DNA of 63,769 bases, the filler included, from Octopus bimaculoides (taxonomy: Eukaryota): NCBI RefSeq assembly GCF_001194135.2. It is 4 parts of 4 records of this genome, joined end to end, with 100 filler letters (N's around TTAATTAATTAA, not from the genome) between each part and the next. Parts side by side here need not be neighbours in the genome. Positions count along the whole stretch, not along the records: positions 30,733 to 50,390 come from NC_068981.1; 3 more parts are not named here. One strand, written 5' to 3'. The translations under genes were made by a program, and so were the position numbers. The notes beneath the pieces were generated by a model that had not been told where the DNA came from, searched no databases, and saw only the letters and a list, made by a program, of their open reading frames with translations. The first letter of the stretch is position 1, and the number at the start of each line of letters is the position of its first letter. Below are positions 35,323 to 47,049 of this stretch, piece by piece.

Positions 35323-36684
35323 ACAAGTTGCACAACTGAATATATCAGTTGTTGCACAGATTTTGTATATAAAATGTGACTGAGAAACAAACTTTTTAAA
35401 AGCAAAAAAGGCAAAACTTACGGAGCCGTTGTGTCTACCGTCTGTCCATGATGATCTTTCTTAAGTTCGTAATATGTAACATTTGATTTGTGGTAGCTAT
35501 TTTGAGCAGGTCGATTGACCACATAGAATAACACTCCTTAGCTTTATGTTGTATCTGTTTAGCTGCAGGTCAGTTCTTAAAAAGCAGGCTTACGTTCTCT
35601 ATTCTGAGAGACTGTATCTAGCCTCTCATTATGCATAGTATCTTAAAATTTGTAATCCGTTTGAATGTGATAGATGGAGATTTTTGGTACTATTTGTAGC
35701 ATGTCCAGTGGCCGCAAAGCGACTATCTTGTTTGGTGGTCACTGTATGTGGAAACAAATTCTGTTGATAAAAGTATTTGGAAGATGTGTCTGTATCAGTC
35801 AAATTTAAGGTTTTAACAATGTTGTATACATTTTGGGTAATTGTATACAGTCCGTGTGTGTGTGTGTATGTGTGTGTGTGTGCGTGCGTGCCTGCGTGTG
35901 CGGACTGGAATTTAAATCAAGGTACTTTTTAAGTGGAATATCCTATACAAAAGTACTGCTTACAAAGCCACCTGGTTTGTTTAGTAGAAGGTAAAGATAT
36001 TTCGTGTATGTTGTAGAGATCCTTTTAGAAAGTAATCCGGAACACCGCCAATATTTTGGAAGCAATATGATATACTACAGCATACATAATACATACATAC
36101 ATACACACACACATACATACATACATACATACATACATACATACATACATCGTATTTTACTGATTTTGAATTTTTCCTAAAGACGCACGCACACATATAT
36201 GAATACGATTTATTAAATAACGGTATACTACGCCACAAGGACATATAACTGTGAACATAGAGTGATAATTTTCTTTCTAATTCAACTATATTTTATTAAG
36301 TTGGAAAAAGGGAGAGATCTGGTAAATTGAAATGTCCTTAATATATGCTTAGAAACATATACGATTATATGTGAGTATTTATGTCATATTTGTTCTCACG
36401 TATGTATATACGAATACCGTACCTGATTTATCCCGTGGTATATTCATAGAATATTTTTGCAGCCAATATTAAATTTATTCTACGCCCAATACCGCTTGAA
36501 CTTGTATTAATATGAGAATGGTTCTGTGAAATATTAGAGTTGTGTCTTATAAATCTCAAATATCATACACCTGACCTGCATCGCATTCCGTTTTGTACAA
36601 TTCCAAAATTCATGCCATTGCTTTACACTTCGGTTAGGTGGTTTAAAAAGTCACTTTGAAACCGCGTCGTTTCGGTTTCGGTCT

Positions 36685-36733
36685 TACTGTGCGGCCTCTC
36701 TGGGAAGTGTTTTATAGTACCGGGCTGACCAAT
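36685..36733 (-). promoter_or_regulatory. Candidate TATA-box Pol II promoter
   Basis: CCAAT (36729-36733), TATAAAA (minus, 36716-36710) and Inr-like CACAGT about 28 nt downstream, in CpG-rich unique sequence. Confidence 0.35.
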
Positions 36734-37303
36734 GCGATGTGGAAGCCCATCGCGTCTCTTTCTCTCCCCTCCCATACCCACCCTCCCCCTCTCTTACACC
36801 CACCTTCCCCTTCCCCCTTCATCGTCAACACCCCCTCATAAGCTCATCCCACCACACCCCAACACACTCCTACTCTACCTTCCCACTCCACCCCATCCAA
36901 TTCCTTACNNNNNNNNNNNNNNNNNNNNNNNNNNNNNNNNNNNNNNNNNNNNNNNNNNNNNNNNNNNNNNNNNNNNNNNNNNNNNNNNNNNNNNNNNNNN
37001 NNNNNNNNNNNNNNNNNNNNNNNNNNNNNNNNNNNNNNNNNNNNNNNNNNNNNNNNNNNNNNNNNNNNNNNNNNNNNNNNNNNNNNNNNNNNNNNNNNNN
37101 NNNNNNNNNNNNNNNNNNNNNNNNNNNNNNNNNNNNNNNNNNNNNNNNNNNNNNNNNNNNNNNNNNNNNNNNNNNNNNNNNNNNNNTCTCATGAAAAAAG
37201 AATTTCTAACTTCCGCTCAGCCATTATTAGCCATTATTATGATTGACCGTTGACTGAACACTATTCAATTTTTTTCTCCGTGTTTTTCTCCTTGTCTCCG
37301 TAT

Positions 37304-37340
37304 TCTTTCTGTTGAAGAGCGTAGCTCGAAACGTCAAAGA
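37304..37340 (+). ncRNA. Minimal type I hammerhead, CUGUUGA core variant
   Basis: UCUUU-CUGUUGA-a-GAGC(gua)GCUC-GAAA-C-GUC-AAAGA. Perfect stems I and II, palindromic ACGU stem III. Confidence 0.7.
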
Positions 37341-37429
37341 CTTTCCGTATTCCTGAGCGTCATACTAATACATCCTTTTGTTATTTACACCACCTGTCCT
37401 CGTCTGTTGTTGTTTTTTCGTACATTCTC

Positions 37430-37469
<40 letters not shown>

Positions 37470-38800
37470 TTACACGACGGGCTTTCACAAGGCTTCTGTC
37501 AAATTTCTTCTTGTGAAATAGAGGACAGCACCATCTCCGGACTGAGCACTTGTCTCCTAGACCTTCAACCCATCTCTCTTGAATTATTGTACATCAACTA
37601 GTTTATCTATGACTTTTTAGAATCACAGGGGATGAAACTCTAATTTATTTTTTCTTTTATTTTCTTTTTTCCGTTCTTATTCATCCTTTTACCTCTTGCA
37701 TAAACTTCGTTTTATCTCATGGTTCCTCATGTACCAGGCTCCTGATTTTCAAATAGAACCGACTATGTACTCAAAGCCCAAAGATTGATTGCTTAGCGTC
37801 ACAGGATGCTTAGACGCGTGTTTTCACAGCAACAAACTGTTAGTAGCTCGAATCTTTATACTGTGCATATTAAATTATACCGTGGTGTACAATTAATTCT
37901 TTATTCTGTATATTTCTCATTTTGTCTTGTTCTGGTGTTTTGCGAAGTTTTTCTGGAGAACATTATTTTTCTTTGTGGTTGGGTCGTTGATGACCTCTTT
38001 CTAGCATATTGGATGTCCACTTAGTGGTCATCCCTTATACACGTATATATATGTATANNNNNNNNNNNNNNNNNNNNNNNNNNNNNNNNNNNNNNNNNNN
38101 NNNNNNNNNNNNNNNNNNNNNNNNNNNNNNNNNNNTATATATATATATATATATATGCATGATTTTGTGTTTGTACCCCACTATCGCCTGACAACTAGGG
38201 GCTGGTTTCTTTACGTCTGCGTAACGTAGAGTTTTGGTAATAGAGTTGATAGAATAAACACCAGGAATTATCTGTAAGTAGTCCGGTCGAAGTGTTCCAT
38301 TAAACTCACCAAGGTGGTTCTCTAGCACTGCTGCAGTCCAATGACAAACGCAAGTAGAACATTAAAAGGATTTTCATCCTTACAACCCCAATCACTATGC
38401 TAATGATCAGAACGCGAAGAAGACCGAAATGTCGCAAAGCATTTGGTCCAGCGTGGAAACGATTCTGCCAGCCCACCGCCTCTAGCTATTAATTATTAAT
38501 ATAGCATAATGTACTATTTGATTTGATATAGAGGCCATAAATAAACTCTTCAAGAGATGAATGAGTGACACATGGAGAATTATTAGATAGTAATATGATA
38601 ATAATACTTAATGTATCATTTATTCCCCTCTTGTGGAATTTATCGCCTCTGTATCGGGTCAAGAGGGTACATCTTGCTTCATTATCTAGTTGGCTTCTAA
38701 TCAATCATTAATTTGTGTTTGTCGTATTCAAAATCTAAAATATCCGATCTAAATTGAAGTAAATTCTGGGTAGTAAATATAAACATACGAAATTTGATTT

Positions 38801-38924
<124 letters not shown>

Positions 38925-39944
38925 TGTGAAAAGTTTGGTACAGTTAAAGCCAAGTAAATGCATGGTTCATTGCTAAGTTTCATATACTAATGTATATGAT
39001 CATATCCATACACGTCAATACAAACACATATACAAATATATGTATAGTGGGTATATATGTGTCTGTATGTGTGATATGTTTATTACTGTACGAGAGCTAT
39101 ATGATCCGTAGGTTAAAATACTAGACTTATATAGGTATGCGTTTTATAAAACTGTTTATATGCGAATATAAATTGAGGTGATTTAAAATAAGTTAGATGA
39201 ACGTTTAAGTCATACATAAGAAGTTATATATATTCTTAAATTTTAAGGGAATTGACATGTTAATATATTTATAACACATTCCACTAAAAGTGCTAATTTC
39301 GGGTCAAATATTAAAGGTAAAATGTCTGAAGTATTTACACTGGAAACTATTTCAACTAAAATATTTAATAAGTCATCTAATATTCATTTTCGATTACCTG
39401 CATAGCTTTTGATCTTATTTTAATCAATGATTTGTTCCCGAATATTTCAAAAGCAGTTTGACACTAATTAGTGTTAGTAATTATTCTATCGAAAAGAGCT
39501 GTAAGGTTAGCGTACATGATAAAACTACGAAAGAGTGTTTAGTGTGTTTTTCTGCTTATGAGTTCATATCACGCCAGTTACAGTTTTGGCTACGCGTTAG
39601 CCACATATCCACACTGTAATTAGGATCTTACGGGTTTTTTTTTAATTATCAAATTTTCAAGTATGTTACACTGACCAACGCATCATTCATCCTTATTATC
39701 AGCTCGGCAAGGTGGAACTTGATGATGGTTTGACAGTTAGATATAGAAAGACGAACCGCTATCAAGAGTCTCTTTTGACTCATGCAAACACTAGTGATAC
39801 ATTGTAGTCATTTCAGTAAATTCACTTTAAGTGTGAAATAAATAATTTTTCGCCTCATGAAAACAAATACACAAACATGAATCTGTTTAATATATATTAT
39901 AAATGGTAGTTGAAATTACTGGTGTATATTAAATAATGTTTACG

Positions 39945-40115
39945 AAGATGTGCTGGCAGAATTGTTAGCGCGTCGGAGAAAATGCTGAGCAACACTTTTT
40001 CTGGTTCCTAACACTCTAGTTCAAATTCCGCTGAGGCCAGCTTTGCATTTCATCCTTTCGGGGTCGGTAAAATAAGTGCCAGTTGAGTACTGGGCCCAGT
40101 GTAATCGACATCCTT
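39945..40115 (+). mobile_element. tRNA-derived SINE family B
   Basis: tggcagaattgttagc (A-box-like)...gttcaaattccgctgaggccagctttgcatttcatcctttcggggtcggtaaaataagtgccagttgag. A partial tandem copy lies at 40180-40300. Confidence 0.75.
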
Positions 40116-40883
40116 CCTTTTATCATTGCTGCCCTTGTGACAAAATTACAAAGGAATATATTAAATAATCTTGTGGTTAGGCGAAGTGTCGGAGCTGTTA
40201 GAGCATCGGACAAAATGCTAAGGGATGTATAGCCTGTTTTCTTGCATTGTAAGTTCAAATTCCACTAAAATCAATATCTCTTTTCATCCTTCGGGGGCGA
40301 TGATAAAGTCAACAGTCTATAGCAATGAAATACTTTGAGCATTGTATGGGGAGCTTCGCGTTATTGTTCTCGGCTCTTTGCTTTCTGAATATATAGCCAG
40401 CCTTTGCCAGTTTAATAACAACAGCTAGTCATTGGGTATCTTTAATGGAGCCCACTCGGTTGTAAGCATTCCGACTAGATTTTCACTTTAAGGTGCCATC
40501 TGCTCTTCTCCCAGTAGTCTAAGATGTTTTTAAAGGGGTATTGGCACTTCCCTCCCTTTTGATTTAGCGATTTATAACATTATTATGTGTGCACAGAAAA
40601 ACACACGCATGCGTATTCATGGAATTAACTTGAAAACTGTAGAAGGGTGTATGGAATATTTACTTATTATGCCCGTTGTTTTTAATCAAAATGTTTATGT
40701 TAAGACAAAAATGGTCACCAATTACAAATATTCAACTTCACAACACATACGCATATTTCCACAATACATATAAAATTACATATTTCCAGCAATATATATG
40801 TGAAAACCTTACAAGCAAGGGTCTTTCGTTACCTGTTTTTCCTGGCAGTACATGTTTTGTGTCTGCAAAATGCAAGCTACTTC

Positions 40884-41061
40884 CGAGGGGGTGCTGTTCC
40901 TGGTCTTAAGGGTATTGTGGAAGGCCTGGCTGGAGTTCTTTTACAGAGCTTAGAAAAACTGAAGGACCGCTGCAATAAGAGTGTGAATCTAAGAGGAGTA
41001 TATGTTGAGATCCTCCCGTGATATCTTTTACTCAAGGCTGGGAACTTTTCAGCACCCCTTG
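40884..41061 (+). mobile_element. Second copy of the mariner deletion derivative
   Basis: cgagggggtgctg...ggaacttttcagcaccccttg-TA. Interior reads LQSLEKLKDRCNKSVNLRGVYVE. Confidence 0.75.
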
Positions 41062-42810
41062 TAAGGCCAAGAGGATCATGTGGCTATTTGGCTCTTAACA
41101 AAGTGTAGTATATCGTATCGTATATAATTGTTTATGAAATTGTTTATGTAGTAGTAGTAGTAGTAGTAGTAGTATTTTAGCTCTTGGTCAAAATGATTGG
41201 GAGGCCAAACGATATCATTTGAGGCGTCACCATTTCTTTTAACGGTGTAGACAGGAAACAGGCCATTATGTATATTTATTTTTAAACCAAAAGATGTCAT
41301 TTCAGCCGTCACCATCTCGTTTCAAGGGGTATCCAGGAATCTAAGCCCTTATGTGTTTTTCTTATGTTTAAATGGTTGGGTACGGTTTGAATGATATCTG
41401 GTTGCTATTTCTAACATAACTGGCAATCGCGTTGAAGTTCCCTCGGTAGATTCTATCGTGAAGCTTTGTGTATCATTAATATGCGCCAAACATACAATTT
41501 ATTGTTAGTGTGTTCACGCTTATATCAGTCAACTGGCGGATTGGCAAAATCAGCAAAAAACGAATTAACAAATGCTCTCTGCAGATAGAACACTGTATTT
41601 TGATGTGTTAAAACAGCTAAGTTGGTTACTGTTTATATACCGTTTTGGAAGAGAATTGGTGGTGCTTCCGGAATGTGTATATAATGTAGTGTACTCACTA
41701 AGAGGGTACAATTGTAAACGTCAATGTACTCGTTGTGGCAGGCGACGATATAATTTATCTGCTGAGTCAAAGCCTAATTTTAACAACATTACGCTGCTTA
41801 TAATATTTTAGTCAGATACAAGGCAATAAGCATGATGAAATTTCAAGTTTGCTTGTACAATAGTTGACTTCTGAAGAGAAATCAAGTATTGTTTATTTCT
41901 CTGAAGAAAAGTCGACGAAAGTAGCCGATAATTTTCACAGCTAATGGTTTATAACACGATTTTAAGTTTATTTTCTCGATACTTCTCGAATCAATTTGTG
42001 TCGACCAGATATCGATAGTATTTTCTGCACTTAATCCATTAACATCGCGTATATTTGTGGTCGGAAAATCACATGAATTTGCTAGTTTGGCAAAATATTC
42101 GGAAATATATTTCATAATTGCTCTGTCATCTTCGAATCAATGGAATCAAGAAATTTAGTTTGTGAGACCAACCGTATAATAACATCTGATCATCAAGTTC
42201 AAAGACGCAAATGATGACAGAAAATTCTTCTAATTGAGATTACGCAACCCTTACTAAACAGTAATAAATTCAACGTTATAATTTTCTCTGATATAAAATT
42301 CTTTGACAAATATGTATAAATCCGAGAGTGAATTATTACGCTCAAATATAGAAGTGGCGAAAATGATTTGGTTCTATGAATGTCTGTGCTAATTTTTAAA
42401 AATAATGTTGCCATTGTCGTTGGGATATAAAAATACGTTATCAGTTCATACAAACAAGTTGACTAATTTGAAACTGGATTCTCAGGCAACTATTAGAAGA
42501 ATAAATGCTGAAAGACTTCCTATGAATAAACAGATTAAAAGACAGCAGTGTCGGACAAGAATGTGATCCAGCAAACTTTGGACAAGCTTGTTTGATATGT
42601 ACTGATTTTTACGTATGCGATTTTGTAGTAGCTAATAAATCTGTACTAAACATATATAAACTTAAAGAGGTGGGAATTCAAATATTTGTTGTATTTTGAT
42701 GGCAATGACAATTGCCGTAGTCCAATTAAAACAGCTTCCGCTTTACACATATCATGATTGGCGAATATTTGAAAATTACTAACATTAATGAATATGAATA
42801 TTTCTCTCTC

Positions 42811-42936
42811 TTTCTCTCTCTCGCTGTCTTTCTCTCTCTCGCTCTCTTTCTCTCTCTCGCTGTCTTTCTCTCTCTCGCTGTCTTTCTCTCTCTCGCTGTC
42901 TTTCTCTCTCTCGCTGTCTTTCTCTCTCTCGCTCTC
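42811..42936. repeat. 18-bp minisatellite (tttctctctctcgctgtc) x about 7
   Basis: Direct inspection. It produces the EREKDS pseudo-ORF. Confidence 0.9.
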
Positions 42937-43112
42937 ACACACACACACATACACACACTCGCACACACGAATATATACGCAAATTAGACAGGACTAATTA
43001 CAATACCTAAACGGGAAAGTTCAATAAATATTTAAAGAAACTATTTTTGCGGATCGTGTAAAGTTAAATGCTTTATGTGTGTGGTGTGTGTGTGTGTATG
43101 TATGTATGTATG

Positions 43113-43167
<55 letters not shown>

Positions 43168-43216
43168 ATATGCATACACACACACACAGACACACACACA
43201 CAGACACACACACACA

Positions 43217-43268
<52 letters not shown>

Positions 43269-44223
43269 NNNNNNNNNNNNNNNNNNNNNNNNNNNNNNNN
43301 NNNNNNNNNNNNNNNNNNNNNNNNNNNNNNNNNNNNNNNNNNNNNNNNNNNNNNNNNNNNNNNNNNNNNNNNNNNNNNNNNNNNNNNNNNNNNNNNNNNN
43401 NNNNNNNNNNNNNNNNNNNNNNNNNNNNNNNNNNNNNNNNNNNNNNNNNNNNNNNNNNNNNNNNNNNNNNNNNNNNNNNNNNNNNNNNNNNNNNNNNNNN
43501 NNNNNNNNNNNNNNNNNNNNNNNNNNNNNNNNNNNNNNNNNNNNNNNNNNNNNNNNNNNNNNNNNNNNNNNNNNNNNNNNNNNNNNNNNNNNNNNNNNNN
43601 NNNNNNNNNNNNNNNNNNNNNNNNNNNNNNNNNNNNNNNNNNNNNNNNNNNNNNNNNNNNNNNNNNNNNNNNNNNNNNNNNNGAGATCCAGTGTGACACA
43701 TAATGTGACAAGGCTGGCCCTTTAAAGTGATAGGGATGGACCTTTTATGTATTACTCGTTTTCGACTGGAGCAACGTGAAATATAGTGCCTTGCTCAAGA
43801 ACACGGCACGTCGCTGATCTCGCGAATTTACGATCGTGAGCCATGCGCCTTCATACACACACATACACACACACACGCACACACGCACACACACACACAC
43901 ACACACGCACACACACACACACACACTAAGCCATGTGCTTTCACACACACACGCGCACGAACACATTTAGATATAAAAATAACTTAGCAAAATATATAAT
44001 GTTAGTCCACCATGTAGTATATATTTATATGGTTTTATATTATATATTTTATATACGGAAATATATTATCGTATATTTCATGTATTAATTATAAATTACA
44101 TATTTAAATGGAACGCAACGTAAACCAGAACAGCTATAACATATACAACACTGCATTTGAAAGTGCTTAGGTTTTAGAAAGCATTGAGTTATGGAGATTG
44201 AAGCTATATGAAAACACCATAAC

Positions 44224-44270
44224 TCTTCTTACTGCTCTGTTTCGGGATAATTTTCCCTCATCAGAAATGA
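44224..44270 (-). ncRNA. Type I hammerhead ribozyme with fully canonical core
   Basis: UCAUUU-CUGAUGA-GGGA(aaauua)UCCC-GAAA-C(agagca)G-U-A-AGAAGA. G10.1:C11.1 present, GUA triplet, stem I 5 of 6 pairs. Confidence 0.75.
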
Positions 44271-45335
44271 CGGGTCACTTTTCTTCGGTTGCTTGATGAG
44301 CAATATTCATTCATTAACCAAATATTTGCGATCTCGCTCTACGTCCCTAATAAATAAATCAATATCGAGTCGCACTTTAACACAAGAAAATATTATTGTT
44401 AGATTCTTTATGAACACCTTTTCGTTCAGTGTTCTGAATAAAAACCAAACATTATTTTTGATTCCAAAAATAGTCAAGCAATTTTACACGAACTGCAGCA
44501 CATCATATCTGTAATTTAAGCGATTTGTGCCTGGTTATGTGATATCTCGTTTTTTTATTACAATAAAACATAGCAAAACAAAGAAAAGGAGGTATTTTTT
44601 TTAGGTGATAAATTTTTTTGAAACATTACACACATGGTAGAACAATTTACTGCAGTTCATCTCATTCAAAATGCCATATTTTTCAATTGAATTTTGACCT
44701 ATTATTATACATCATTATTTATCTTTCATTATTTCTGATTATTTTGTAAACCAATGCGCTCTGTGATACGCTTTGTGTTATTTTTAATGGCAAATCAGGA
44801 AATGAATCGCAATATCAATAACCCACTTCCAGGCACTGCGACATATAGGAAGAATGGGAGAACTGAAACATGACAGCAGACCTGGTTCTGGTGTTTGCAA
44901 CATGCTGGGATGTCAGAGTTAGGTATCCTGAAACACATAATAGGATAATCAGAATTACGCTTATGCAATGTGAATATGTTTATTTGTAATTCATTGATCA
45001 GATGGTTCGTGCTCCCTCGAATAATTGCAGCTGATGCATTGTTGTAAATGAATCCTCCATTTTGAACGAACAACCACCTACAGTAAATAATCTTTTAGCT
45101 GTCCGTTCAAAATGTGTCTCGAAGTTTTTTCAATATATACAGGTGCGAATATACAGATACACACACTCACACTCTCACACGTATATACATTCATGCGTAC
45201 ATACATATATAGTGACTCAAAACAAAGAAGAACAAACAAGAAAAAAACAACAACGCGAGGACGTGGTACAAGTACTGTATTATCAGACGCTCAGAAAATG
45301 CAGGAAAGAGGATCTTTACGTTTCGATACATACAT

Positions 45336-45368
<33 letters not shown>

Positions 45369-46139
45369 TGTACGCATACATGCATACACGTATACATACA
45401 TACATACATACACACATACATACATACATACATACATGCATACATACATACACACACGTAACGTAAATATCGACTCATAGTTATGAATATCAGATAGTAC
45501 TCAACTGGAAACGAACATTATCACTTCGTTGGCGAAGAAAAATTAATAACCTAGCGGCATTTGGAAGCCATTCTAAAAAAAAACAATAAATAAATAAATT
45601 CAAGAAATTTAGAATTAATTTCACAAAAAAATTAATTTTTATGCTTAGGTGAAAATCAATAAAGCTTCGTAAAAATACTACTTGAATTCTTGAAATTTTC
45701 TCCTTCTTTTCTTAGTTGTATTTAACCGCTTCTGGGGTTTTGTTATATTCTCCTAATAAAGCGGCAAAATTCAATACGTTAATAATGTTTTCTTTGCGCA
45801 TGTCATCCAGTTATCACACCACGATTTAAATACGAATATGTTTTCATGATTCAGAGATAAATATGAGAATTTTGTACCGCCTAAATTTTCTTTTTGTTTT
45901 CATTATCTCTTAAAATGTATAATTCTTTAATATAAGTTGTTGCGGTGAGTCCTTGGTGGGGAAAAAACCTTGAGAACAAAAGATACGATAGGTCGATAGA
46001 ATAAATGCCTTGACGTTATTCAGTTACTCTGTCTTATAATCTGCAATCTCATCCTATCGAATTCAAGCTTACATTTCATTCACTTCATACATTACGACCA
46101 ACACTGGCGACGTAAATCGCTTACAGATACTTCTCTAAA

Positions 46140-46322
46140 AGTTTGGCTGTGTGGTAAGACGTTTGATTCGCAGCTACGTGGATCCAGGTTCAGTCGCACT
46201 GTGTGGTATCTTGGGTAGGTGTCTCCTACTATAACCTCGGGACGACGAAAACCTTGTGAGTGGATTTGGTAGACGAAAACTGAAAGAAGCTCACTGTATA
46301 TATATATATATATATATATGTT

Positions 46323-46355
<33 letters not shown>

Positions 46356-46555
46356 ATGTATGTATGTATCTGCGTGTATGTGTCTGTGTGTTTGTACCCA
46401 ATAGGCGCTTGACAACTGTTGCTAGTGTGTTCGCGTCCCCAACTTAGCGGTTCAGCAAAAAGTAACCGATAGAAAAAGTATCAGGCTTTAAAAAAATGAG
46501 TATTAGGTTCGATTCTCCAGTGCGGTACCCCAGCATGGTCGCAGTCTAATGAATG
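46140..46555 (+). mobile_element. Full-length SINE family A: tRNA-like head, internal microsatellite, 3' block
   Basis: ggctgtgtggtaaga...ggttcagtc (A/B-box-like), then (TA)(TG)(TATG), then the gcttgacaac...ccccagcatggtcgcagtc tail. Confidence 0.8.
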
Positions 46556-47049
46556 AAAAAAAGATAAACGTTATTGCTTACAAATGAAATATTTGCTTTG
46601 AAAGTAATCCAGATTTAGCATCCACCGCTGCCTCCACATATTGGCACTGTCCACGCCCGTTGTTGTATATATTCGCATAGTTTGAATATTTTCTCTGTAT
46701 GTATGTTTTAGATACATAGTTGTTTAAAATTAATAATATTGATTTTATATTGACACAAAGCCCGAAATTAATAGGGAGAGGATTAATGTAAAGAATTATT
46801 TCTGTTGTGTTGTCGATAGGAAACTTTGAAGCCGGAGGGAGATAAACTTATAATATAGAGGAACAAAACTAAAACACTGTTAAGCATTTAGTCTTCTACG
46901 CAACTAATTCTGATAATAATAACCGTTTCTTTATTGGACACAATGGCCTACATAAAAAAAAAAACATCGTTACAAAACAAAAATATCGTAGATGAGCTTA
47001 CATCCGATTTACAGATTTACAACAAAAATGAGATAACATCTAAACTATG

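Noticed and set aside
38395-38485. CTAATGA...CCGAAATGTC hammerhead-like text
   Set aside because: It is the reverse complement of the family B SINE head, and the stems do not pair.
46140-46230. tRNA-like A/B boxes in SINE heads
   Set aside because: They do not complete a cloverleaf and continue into SINE bodies. No genuine tRNA, rRNA or CRISPR array was seen in the window.
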